Positions 11,944-21,773 of a stretch of 64,000 bases of DNA are shown here, one piece after another. Location: IMG/VR virus record IMGVR_UViG_3300010278_000003; one strand, 5' to 3'. The position numbers and the translations under genes were made by a program. Source of the stretch: a virus. The number at the start of each line of letters is the position of its first letter. The first letter of the stretch is position 1. Below the pieces are notes generated by a model. That model was not told the DNA's origin, searched no databases, and worked only from the letters and a program-made list of their open reading frames with translations.

Positions 11944-12134
11944 TGACAATAAAAAAGTGGGGCGATACCCACTTCTTTACACATGTCTATTAACAAACAG
12001 ACAATATTATTCCGTTTCGAATACTTTCGGATAATTTTTTCAGCATCTTCTTTCGATGACAAATTATATTCTTTTAAAATATCCGAATAATATGTGTCAC
12101 ATTTAATAACAAGTAACTTAATATAATCTTTCAT
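11940..12134 (-). CDS. Intron cargo: hypothetical protein
   Basis: 64 aa, SD AAGGGG, co-directional with the upstream HTH gene. Confidence 0.55.
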   Translation of the reverse strand: MKDYIKLLVIKCDTYYSDILKEYNLSSKEDAEKIIRKYSKRNNIVCLLIDMCKEVGIAPLFYCH

Positions 12135-12162
12135 AATTACACCCCTTATTGTGTATAATAAT

Positions 12163-12363
12163 TTAGTATGGGAAAATGTCTTCTATTCGTAAATTTAAAG
12201 CTTTGCAAATTTTAATAACAGTACTAAATCTTGGATCTGAATATCCATCTTCTATCAAACTGATACTTGTTTTATTTACTTTTGCTTTTCTTTCCAATTC
12301 ACGCAAAGATATTTTCCGTTCTTCTCTAATTCTTTTAAGATTGTTTTTCATATGCATCACCAA
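12163..12363 (-). CDS. Intron cargo: XRE/Cro-type HTH regulator
   Basis: LKRIREERKISLRELERKAKVNKTSISLIEDGYSDPRFSTVIKICKAL is a classic HTH_3 pattern. Confidence 0.85.
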   Translation of the reverse strand: MVMHMKNNLKRIREERKISLRELERKAKVNKTSISLIEDGYSDPRFSTVIKICKALNLRIEDIFPY

Positions 12364-12951
12364 TAATATGATGTGTTACATCTAAAAGAATTATTTATAC
12401 ATATATTACTACATACAATGGGTTATGTATTAGCCATATGGAAAAATTTTTAATTAATTTAACTTTCGACAAAATCATATTTTATTTTATAACCTTTTAT
12501 AACCTATAACATTCCCAAGTTATTATAGGCTTGTGTGATATGTACTAAGCAGGGCAGTAGAGTAATACTCTAAGTTCGTTTCCCTGTTCGCTTCTTGCAG
12601 CCTTTCGCCACAGTAACGGACTGTATGTTGCAATCTATAAAAATAGACCGTATCTTGTCAGCCTCTCGCACGATATAACATCTTGAAATCACACTTTCAA
12701 TTAACATTTATACCGTGTCGGAACTACCATTTTCGTATCAATAATCTATGATACTTAGTTGTGACACACCCACATGGAGCTTTTATTGCAGTGTCATCAA
12801 TACCTATAAATAGGCTTACGGCTTCCTCCGATATTCGACATATTTAGGATTTCTCCAAGGATTATGTCTACTTGATGAACGACCATCTTGTAGAACACCC
12901 ACTATTATGCATAGTAGGGGGTTTGTAACCATGACTTGTAACTATACGTTA

Positions 12952-15900
12952 GCCCATAACCTTTAGCACCAGCAACACCAGAAATAATTGTTCCTATACT
13001 GCCAAGTGTTCCAACTTTTTCTACAAGAAAATCTAAAGCTTCAATCAGCTTTGTCAGACCTTCTAATACAACCTTTATTGCATCACTATCAAGAAGTGAA
13101 TTTGACAAACCTTCAAAAGCAGCTTTTACTTCTTTTGTTTTTGCTTCAACGCCTTCTTCATATGCGCCAAATTTTTCCATTGCTGTACCAGAAGCATTAG
13201 CAGCAGTTTCAGCATATTTTAAAGCATTAGGATAGTTTTCGAAAAGAACGAGTAATTTTTCAGACTGAGCTGCACCTGCCATTGCAGTCACAATAGCTCT
13301 CTGTTCTACTGAAGTAAATGTATTCCATCTACTTGCAACTTCGTCAATTACATCACCAAAGTTTCTAAATTCATCCTTACTATCACGCAGTTTAATATTA
13401 AATTTCTTAAGAACTTTTTCTACATCTGATAAATCTTCACCGTCATCAGAAATGAATTTGCCAGCCTTAACATTACCCATACGTGAGAATATACGTTTAA
13501 AGGCATTACCGACAGAACTCATGCTATCCTGTGTTGTTTCACCTACAACAGCAGCATATCCCAATAACTGATCCATTGAAATACCCATTGTTCGTGCAGA
13601 GTTTGCAGTTTCTGCCATAGCTTCAGCAAGACCACCAAGAGATACAGCAACCTGAAGGTCAACCGCAGACATTTTATCTACAACATTCATGGCATCAGAA
13701 GCTTCAAGCTTATAACCTTTTAAGGCACTTGTAAGATACTGAGTTGATTCGGCAGAATCAAGTTGACCAACTTTAGACTGTACCATACTGGCTGTTATAA
13801 GATTATTAGTGTCTTCAAGCGAGTAACCCTGTCTTAACCAGCTATCGGCACTTTCCGCAACTTCTTTTGTAGTAGCACCTAAAGTTTTTGCCATACCATT
13901 ATAGGTTTTCATTAGCGAGTTAACATAATCTTCATTCTCACCAGAAGCTATCTGTAAGTTTACAACAGACTCGTTATATTCTTTCGCCGCATTATAAACC
14001 TCAGTAAATCCACGCTGAATATTTTGTAATGCGTTTGCACCAACAAAATATTGAGCTAAGTTTTTAAATGTGGTTTTTAACGTATCACCTAATGTTTTAG
14101 AATTATATCCTGCTGTTTTAACATCATTTGAGAAATTTCTAAATTCACCAGAAAGATCTTGAATATCCTTTCTTGCTTCTCTGATGGATTTTCCATCAAA
14201 ACTATCAGCAAAACCATTTTTAACCCGATCAGCCTGTTCTTTAATCATAATCAGTCTGTTATACATCTCATCAAACTGAGTTACTAATTTTTGAGCTTCG
14301 GGTTTACTTGATGCAAACAATTTTGTATTTGTAGCTTTATAAGCATTAAATTTGGACATTAAAGACTCTGTTTGTTTTATAATAAAATCAGTGTCAGTAA
14401 CATCTTTTTGGTCAGCTTTTGCTTGAGTTTGGGCTTGAGCAACTTGTCTACGTGCTGCTGCATTTTTTAAAACAGCTTCAGTATTACTATCAATTTCAGC
14501 CTTTTCTCTTGCAAAAGCCTCTGTATCAAAATTACCACTTGCTTTTGCATTAGCTAAAGTAGAAGCATATTGTTTTCTTAAAGCCTCAATATTTTCATTG
14601 TTAGCTTTTATTACAGGGGCGTTTTTGACAGGATCTTTTTGGAGAACTTCATTATCTTTTCTTAATTTTTTTATATTATTTAATAACTTTGTAAGCTTGG
14701 TTAGATAGTTTATATCATCTGATTTGTCACTATCTGTTGCGACAGTATCAGTTTCAACAACTTCTTTTTTTTGCTTTTCTACTTTTTTTAAAGCAACTTT
14801 AGTTTTTTCTGCAGAATTAGATGTAGCTTTACCGAAATTGTCTATGGCGTCCTGTGCTGATTTAAATGTTTGTGTTAAAGTTTTTGTTTCACCATTAATA
14901 TCAGATATCTTTTTATTAATTGTAACAAATTCATTGCTGTCAACACTAATAGTATATTCATCACCAAGATTTAAACTATTTTTAATTCGTTGAGCTGCAT
15001 CTAAAGTTTGTTGATATGTAAGAGCAGGGGAAGTTTCATGATCAAAATTAGCCAATTTTTCTTCCAATAGATTGATGTTTTCAATTATAGGTTTTAAAAT
15101 TTCATCAAAAATATTTCCATCTGCATCTATTTTTGCCGAAAAAGTTTTCCAAGCCCCATTAGCATCTTTTATTTTGGCTGTGACCTGCACAAGACCTTCT
15201 GCTAATCCATCAGTTATAAGTTTAGCATCAACAGAGTTACCTAAAATTATATTATCATTTTCAGTTAATTTCTTATTTGCCGCAGTTATATAATCATTAG
15301 AATTGGTGAAAAATTCATCTTCAGAAATTTTTTTATATTTAGAATATTTATTTTTTTTTGCCTTTTTGGGGTTTTTAAAATCTTCTGAAGATCCACCTAA
15401 ATTAGAATTACTATCATTAGATGACTCTTTAACTTGCTTATTTGCCTCGACAAATTCTTTCTTTGCATCGGCAGCTTCACGAGCAGACTTGGCAATCTGA
15501 TTCATTAACTCAGCTTCAAGTTTCAAAGGGTTTTCCGAACTATCAATAGAAGATTGTACTCCTTTATTGGCTGTTGCAAAATCTTTCTTTGCTTGAGCAG
15601 CATCATTAGTTGCTTTCTCCACATTCTCAATACCGTTTGTTTCAGATTTAATGTCAGTAGAAGAATCAGGAAATGCGTCTTTCTTTTGATTAGAAGCCGA
15701 TGAAATATTCGTTTTCTGAGGAGAAGTAAGATCGTTATTTCTAACATTCGCTAATTCAGTTTCAAGCTCTTTAACTTTGTTTGTAAGATTAATTATTTCT
15801 TCAACTGAAGTATTTACATTTAAACCATTCTTGAAAATATCCGGTAATGTACTTACTGCTGTCGAAATTTCTCCAAGCTTACTTACAATAGTGGAAAGTT

Positions 15901-16813
15901 GACCAATAACTTCAGACAAATCAGTTTTGCCAAAAATGTCATTTACAGCTTCAGTTCCGCCATTAGTACTTTTTTTTATTTCGTTTTGAACTTTCGTAAT
16001 TTGTGCTAATGCTGAAGAAGCTTGAGTCCAATAGCTTTTATCCGTACCTTCACGTATTATATCGTGTCCACCATACAATGATTTGGCTTCTTTTCTTGCG
16101 TTCTTGATAAAATCTATATAAGCTTGAAGTTTTTGCATAGAATTATCATACTGATTTATATCAAAATCAAAAAATTTATCAGTAAGTGATCCAGCCGCAC
16201 CTGACATTTTTATATGATTAAATAGATTCTGATAAGATTGCAAAGCACTTGCAATTTTTGCTTGTAATTTTCTATCTAAATCCCCATCTGTGCCAACATC
16301 TATATTCATATTAAATCCAAGATTTTGAGTTTTTGTACTTAATTGAGATATAGAATCACTAACTTGTTTAATTGTTGTAAGCAGGGGAGATAATTCGTTT
16401 CCATCTCCAACATCTGATATTACTTTTTTTATATCAGATAAATGTTTTTCAATGTTAGAAAAAAGCTCTATTGTTGATTTTAATTGCTTTTCATCAATTA
16501 AAGATTTTCCTATTCCCGTATTAATACCTTTACCCGATGCAAAATCTTTAATTATTTTCTGAAATTCTTTTAAATCTTTTGCAAACTGTTCTTTTCCGTC
16601 TGCTACAACTTTAATTTTATAATCAGTAGTAGAAAGTTTCTTTTGTACTTTGTTTAATTCTTTTGCAAGACTTGCATCCGATAAATCAAAGAAAATTTCT
16701 AATTTATTATTCTCCAAATCTCTTTGTGCAGAAGAAATTGCCTTAAGAGCTTGAACCGATACATCATTTTTATCTATAATAATACTCGCTACTAATGAAG
16801 CTACCTCAGCCAC
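12952..16813 (-). CDS. Tape measure protein, exon 1 (contains TP901-type TMP core)
   Basis: The segment AKTLGATTKEVAESADSWLRQG...VVDKMSAVD...GNAFKRIFSRM is typical of the TMP core. The unspliced frame stops at 12905, inside intron hairpin P2. Confidence 0.88.
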
Positions 16814-16828
16814 AAAATCACCTCTCTA

Positions 16829-17377
16829 TTATTTTTTTAAATACTTATTAACTGTAGATTCCCATTCTCGGATAAAACCAAACTTTACATAGTTACTCAT
16901 AGACATTCCTTGAGAATAGTAAGGGTTATACCAATACTGCTGACCATCGTTCCATGATTGTCTGAAACGATAGTTGGGTCTTGACCATTCTTTCGGAAGT
17001 CCGTGAATACCTTGATTCCATTGAAGATCTAATAAATACTGTGCAGGGTTAATTCCAACATGATATCTATCCGCCCATTCATAGATAGAACTATCATTGG
17101 CTCTCGTAGCAGCAGAAAATTTTTCCATGTTAATATACGAAGTAAAATAAATAGTGGCTTTACCATCGCCTTGAGTGAGTTTATGTTCAAATTCCAAACA
17201 ATCTACCATTGTGTCGGACTCATTAAAAAACCAATTTATTGTATACTTCCTTCTAATTTCTTTTTGGGCTTTGTCTCCTGCGGAAATATATCTATTCACA
17301 GATTTAGCAACAATATTATCAACTGCCTTTTTTAGCTCTTTGTCGTTAATTTTTAATCCAGTTGCTCGTATAGCCAT
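16829..17377 (-). CDS. Hypothetical virion morphogenesis protein
   Basis: 182 aa with SD, in the late operon. Confidence 0.55.
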   Translation of the reverse strand: MAIRATGLKINDKELKKAVDNIVAKSVNRYISAGDKAQKEIRRKYTINWFFNESDTMVDCLEFEHKLTQGDGKATIYFTSYINMEKFSAATRANDSSIYEWADRYHVGINPAQYLLDLQWNQGIHGLPKEWSRPNYRFRQSWNDGQQYWYNPYYSQGMSMSNYVKFGFIREWESTVNKYLKK

Positions 17378-17555
17378 TATTTATTTCACTTCCTTTTTTT
17401 GTATAATAAAAACTGCTAACCTATAATTGATTAGCAGTTTAATAAATTAATTTATTTTTTCTGTCGTTTTATGGTGTAATTACTTTGTTCATCAATGAAT
17501 TGTGAGTGAAATGAAAATTATGTCACAACAATTCAGTCGTGGCTTTTTAATTATC

Positions 17556-18167
17556 TCACTTTACTACTTTCAGACCATCACTAATAATTTCACCGAATTT
17601 CTCAATCTTTTCATCATCTATATTGCTGATGCTTGATATAAGTTCGTATAAAACAGGTTCTAATGTAGTAGAAGCAACTGCTACAATTCTTTCAATCTGA
17701 TTTGAAATATAATTATGAACATCAAAATTATTTATCATAGCATCAGATTTTGTCATGTCTATAATTGTTTTAAATTCAGTTATTTCTTTTTCAGGAATAG
17801 ACTGCATAATAGTATCCATTAATCCACAACTGTTTAAAAGATCGTATTCCTCGAAAAAACCATCTGTTTCAATCTCTAAGTTAGTATAGTTTTCAATAAT
17901 CATTCTGCAAAATAATAAATACTGAATTACAGAATCTACTTTAGTTCTGCCAGTTTTTCTTCTTTTAATTGTTCCGTCAACATCGTTATAATCTTCATAT
18001 TCATATATAGAAATATCAACTAATTTATCTGCAAGAGTTTTTTTTGTTATAAAAGAAAGATAGGGGACTACTTTTAAATTTTTCTTTATATAACGTTCTG
18101 CTGAAGAATCGGTTTCGCATTTTTTAAATCCATCAACAAAATTTTTAATTGTAATTTTATCTTCCAT
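17556..18167 (-). CDS. Hypothetical protein, possible tail assembly chaperone
   Basis: 203 aa, acidic, between tail tube and tape measure (positional inference). Confidence 0.5.
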   Translation of the reverse strand: MEDKITIKNFVDGFKKCETDSSAERYIKKNLKVVPYLSFITKKTLADKLVDISIYEYEDYNDVDGTIKRRKTGRTKVDSVIQYLLFCRMIIENYTNLEIETDGFFEEYDLLNSCGLMDTIMQSIPEKEITEFKTIIDMTKSDAMINNFDVHNYISNQIERIVAVASTTLEPVLYELISSISNIDDEKIEKFGEIISDGLKVVK

Positions 18168-18171
18168 AATT

Positions 18172-18612
18172 TTATTTTCCTTTCATTCCTGATTTTTTTT
18201 CTTCTCGTTTAAGGCGTTTGTATTCTTCATACTCGATCCAACCACCAAACTTTTTTACCCATGTAATCCATTTATAATTTACAGTAGGATAATGATACCA
18301 AAATAGCTTTTTTTTCAAAATTGCTACACTATCAGGGCATCCCTTGGTGTCAATAACTTCTTCATGACCGTCTTTATAGACAATAAAAAAATCAGCCACG
18401 TATTTAATTGGCTGAACAGATTTTCCGTCATGTATGAACTTTGGTTGTAACTCATATGGTTTTTGTAATTCGTAATTCACCACATCGCCACTCTCCACTA
18501 ATGGGCAAAGAACATCTCTGTAATATTTCATTTCTAATACAGAATCAAAAGTTATTCCATTATAAGTTCGTTTTGTTTTGTCTTTATCTACATTAAATTT
18601 ACTTCTATTCAT
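18172..18612 (-). CDS. DUF1064-family PD-(D/E)XK nuclease-like protein
   Basis: GITFDSVLE...ELQKPYELQ...YVADF...VIDTKG signature. Confidence 0.85.
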   Translation of the reverse strand: MNRSKFNVDKDKTKRTYNGITFDSVLEMKYYRDVLCPLVESGDVVNYELQKPYELQPKFIHDGKSVQPIKYVADFFIVYKDGHEEVIDTKGCPDSVAILKKKLFWYHYPTVNYKWITWVKKFGGWIEYEEYKRLKREEKKSGMKGK

Positions 18613-18621
18613 ATCTAAACC

Positions 18622-18846
18622 TTACTCGATGTCATAATCACACCATCGTTTATATAATTCTCTTGTTTTATCTTTTTCAAAAATCATGACAATAATTTTT
18701 CTGTCGTTTCTTTCATCAATACTTGAATAGACATCAATAGGATACACACCAGAAGTTAAATAAAAAATTTGTTGTTTAACATTACAAATCCTTACGATTT
18801 CTTTTAACTCGTAATCCTTTGGTGTTAAATTTGTTTTTATTTTCAT
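18622..18846 (-). CDS. Small hypothetical phage protein
   Basis: 74 aa, SD GAGG. Confidence 0.6.
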   Translation of the reverse strand: MKIKTNLTPKDYELKEIVRICNVKQQIFYLTSGVYPIDVYSSIDERNDRKIIVMIFEKDKTRELYKRWCDYDIE

Positions 18847-18931
18847 ATAATGTTCCTCAAAAAATCGTAAAAAATAGGGGATACAACATGTTGAAAAGTT
18901 TTATGTCATACCCCCTCATAGGTCAAATAAA

Positions 18932-19390
18932 TCACTCTTCAACATTATCATCAGTCTCTTTCGACTTCTTATAATAATTCTTCTTTCTTTCTTTTTTCTC
19001 AACAATAGGCTCTTCTATCAAAGAACTATCAAGAATACCATCATTATTATCTATAACACTTACTTCGTCATTAATAGATTCTTTATTAACAGCATCGTTT
19101 ATTTTACCAATAGTAATTTTATAGCTTTTTCCATAATTCTCGTATTTGGATAAATCTAAGTTATCTAATTTATGTTTCGCTTCATCTGCGGAAATATTTC
19201 CATTTTCAAATCCAGAAGTTACCTCGTAAATGTCCTTACAGTTCTGCGAACACCAAGCAAAATGCCAAGGTTCAAGTTCAGCATCTTTAGGATTACATAC
19301 TGGACAAAATGAATATGTTTCTTTGCATAAAATGCATGTTCTTAATTTATTACTCAAAAAAAATTTCCTCCTTAAATAAATAGGTGACAC
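18932..19390 (-). CDS. Hypothetical Zn-binding protein (start probably TTG ~19357)
   Basis: CILC-CPVC-CSQNC; SD AAGGAGG lies inside the called ORF start. Confidence 0.6.
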   Translation of the reverse strand: MSPIYLRRKFFLSNKLRTCILCKETYSFCPVCNPKDAELEPWHFAWCSQNCKDIYEVTSGFENGNISADEAKHKLDNLDLSKYENYGKSYKITIGKINDAVNKESINDEVSVIDNNDGILDSSLIEEPIVEKKERKKNYYKKSKETDDNVEE

Positions 19391-19425
19391 AATTAAGTGC
19401 CACCTAAATTATCATTCAGAATAGA

Positions 19426-20226
19426 TTAGATATCTTCTTCTTCCTCATCAATGTAATAGATTGAGAAGAGTTCCTGATCTGTTGAGCAAGAATTAACCAT
19501 CATAGCTCCTTTGTAATCCATTGTCTGTGAATCTCCACCCTGAAGAGCAAGTGTAAATTCAGGTGAGGGCATAAATGAAGGAATGTGAATTATTGCTGCA
19601 TGAAGGACATCTGTATCACATTTATCAACAACAAGTGCCTTGAAGAATAATTCATGAGCCTTTGCAAACTTGTCACCAGAGTTTGTAATCTTAGCACCAC
19701 TCTTAACATTCTTCTCAAATTTAACAAGATATCTTACTTCTTCTGCATCTGTGGGAGGTGTAAGTGTACTTACATTTGTTTCAGTTTTAATGGCAAATTC
19801 TGTTTCGTTTGCATCTGTGCCAAGTGTATATTCCTTACCCATTGAATTCTGAAGTGAAAGAGCACATACTTTAACAGAACCATCAACATAACCAGAAATA
19901 TCAATTGTTTTACCAGCGTCAACAATTTCAAGCATAGGCATAACAATTGAATGCTCCTCTGTTGCAATTTCTGCATCAACTGCTGAAAGAGCTTCAACAA
20001 TTGCAAGGTTAAGGAACGCATTTGTAGCTGTAACCTCACCTTTCTTACCTGTATATTTTCTGTATACAAGGTTGCCATCCTTGTCTGTAATGTCTGTTGA
20101 ATCTGCTGTAATTTCAATATTTGCCTCTGTAAGCTGTGTTAAAGCATACATAGGTGTACCATTCTTTTTCTGACCGTAACCAAACTGAAGTCTATCTACG
20201 ATTACGTCACCTAATTTAAATGCCAT
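19426..20226 (-). CDS. Major tail (tube) protein, putative
   Basis: 266 aa, beta-rich, strong SD, biased codon usage, located between head-tail genes and tape measure. Confidence 0.7.
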   Translation of the reverse strand: MAFKLGDVIVDRLQFGYGQKKNGTPMYALTQLTEANIEITADSTDITDKDGNLVYRKYTGKKGEVTATNAFLNLAIVEALSAVDAEIATEEHSIVMPMLEIVDAGKTIDISGYVDGSVKVCALSLQNSMGKEYTLGTDANETEFAIKTETNVSTLTPPTDAEEVRYLVKFEKNVKSGAKITNSGDKFAKAHELFFKALVVDKCDTDVLHAAIIHIPSFMPSPEFTLALQGGDSQTMDYKGAMMVNSCSTDQELFSIYYIDEEEEDI

Positions 20227-20275
20227 ATTGTTTCCTCCTTTAAATTATTTGATTTTTTGCAATAAAAAAGAGCGA

Positions 20276-21094
20276 TTATATATCGCCCATAAAATTTAAT
20301 GATTCCGATGGTAGCTTTGATGAATCTACAAAACCGGAATAACAGCCACGTAAAGCAGCTATTGAGTTTTCATATTTTTGGATACGTTTAACCGCATCCA
20401 TAAATTGATATATACTAACATCACGCAATTCTTCAAGCTTATATTTAAAGCCAGAATAATTCGTACATGTTGAGATTAAAGATAATAAATTCGATGAATC
20501 ATTGTTTTTATTTTCTTTTAATTTCATTTTTTCTTCTTGAATCGTCCATTGCTTAGCTGATTTACCTTTTACCTTTTCAACTTTTGGATGAATATTTAAC
20601 AACTCTCGTAAATATTCAGCTATTTCCGTATATTCATTTTCAGTAAGTAAAATATCTTGAGATTTACTGTATAACAAAAATTCTTTTTTTGAATCATCTT
20701 CAGTTTTTTTCTGTAGTAATTGAAAATCTGAAAAATTTATTCCATCAAAAATTAAATCCAAAATATCTTTATAAGGAATTGCAATAGCTGGCATTAAATA
20801 CGAAAATACCTCTATATCACTTACTTTGTTCCAGTCTATTTTATTTTCCCAAAGAAACAATCTTATTGAAGTTGAATTATACAGAAAAGGAGATAACGCC
20901 TTATAAAAATTATCTTCGCCAAAATTTAAAATATCACCGATACTTGGTTGTATGATAGTAATTTTATTTACAATATATGGCTGACCAAAAAACATTTTTA
21001 ACTTATCAAAATGATATTCTGGTTTATTATTTTTAAAAGGTTTATCCTCGATAATTTTATTCTGAAGTAAATCTAATGTATTTAATAAATCCAT
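20276..21094 (-). CDS. Hypothetical tail assembly/neck protein
   Basis: 272 aa in the late operon. Confidence 0.55.
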   Translation of the reverse strand: MDLLNTLDLLQNKIIEDKPFKNNKPEYHFDKLKMFFGQPYIVNKITIIQPSIGDILNFGEDNFYKALSPFLYNSTSIRLFLWENKIDWNKVSDIEVFSYLMPAIAIPYKDILDLIFDGINFSDFQLLQKKTEDDSKKEFLLYSKSQDILLTENEYTEIAEYLRELLNIHPKVEKVKGKSAKQWTIQEEKMKLKENKNNDSSNLLSLISTCTNYSGFKYKLEELRDVSIYQFMDAVKRIQKYENSIAALRGCYSGFVDSSKLPSESLNFMGDI

Positions 21095-21098
21095 AAAA

Positions 21099-21773
21099 TC
21101 ACCTTCTTACAGAATAATTATCTATCATTGTTTTTCCACCATAAGGAGTTTTATGAATTCCATTTGTATCAATAACTTCAAACACAAGAGTACGAACAAT
21201 ATAATTATTATCCATTACAGATTCTTTTGAGGATATTAACTTAGTCTGCATTCCAAATATATTAGACCAATTAAAACGATCTCTAATAATAGAAGCAATA
21301 AGATCATGACGTGGAATGCCTGTCAATTTATCCATACTATTATCACCATGTACAAATATATTAAAGGTAATATTTGTATATTTTAATGTGTCGTTATATT
21401 TTGGAACTTCATTAAAACTAACCTGATAACAAATAAAATTTTTAACATCGGTCTGGGTTTCAGGAATAAATAAAAAAGGACGTATATTTGAGCTATCACC
21501 AAAATATCTGTCCCATTCACCTAAAGATTCAAATTCTTTTTTTTCTTCGTTCCATTCCCAATTAATATTACCGTCATTATTAAACAGTTCTGTTTCAAGT
21601 TTTTTTTCGTTTAACGCATATAATAAACAAGGATTTGCCAGTAATGCTTTTTTAATTTTTTGTTTATATTGGACATTTTCATCGTCAGGGGCGTTTCTAT
21701 ATATACGAAGCTTATTCAGCAAATCATCTTTTGTTATTAATTTTTCTTCCATTAAAAACACCACCTTACTCAA
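21099..21773 (-). CDS. Putative tail terminator/neck protein
   Basis: 224 aa; positional inference. Confidence 0.5.
   Translation of the reverse strand: MSKVVFLMEEKLITKDDLLNKLRIYRNAPDDENVQYKQKIKKALLANPCLLYALNEKKLETELFNNDGNINWEWNEEKKEFESLGEWDRYFGDSSNIRPFLFIPETQTDVKNFICYQVSFNEVPKYNDTLKYTNITFNIFVHGDNSMDKLTGIPRHDLIASIIRDRFNWSNIFGMQTKLISSKESVMDNNYIVRTLVFEVIDTNGIHKTPYGGKTMIDNYSVRR

Larger units (their letters stand above)
9518..12951 (-). ncRNA. Group I intron (~3434 nt) with ~3 kb of cargo genes in a P9-region loop
   Basis: P4 UCGGAG(12831-12826)/UUCCGA(12723-12718); P5 GCCGU/AUGGU; P6 CACGGUAUAA/UUAUAUCGUG; P7 GAGGCUG(12665-12659)/CAGUCC(12623-12618) with bulged A; P8 CGGUCUAU/AUAGAUUG; J8/7 CAACAUA; P9.0 GUU(12617-12615)/AAC(9521-9519) then omega-G 9518; P10 13 bp; in-frame exon joining. 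Confidence 0.85.

Noticed and set aside
9518-12951. Insert interpreted as a DNA-level excisable element using the shared AACGT at both ends
   Set aside because: Recombination through AACGT (12950-12946 and 9521-9517) would join the ORFs out of frame, no recombinase is encoded inside, and the group I core explains the boundaries.
12480-12951. Group II intron, IStron or intein
   Set aside because: No GUGYG start, domain V, RT or TnpA/TnpB ORF. In-frame stops exclude an intein.
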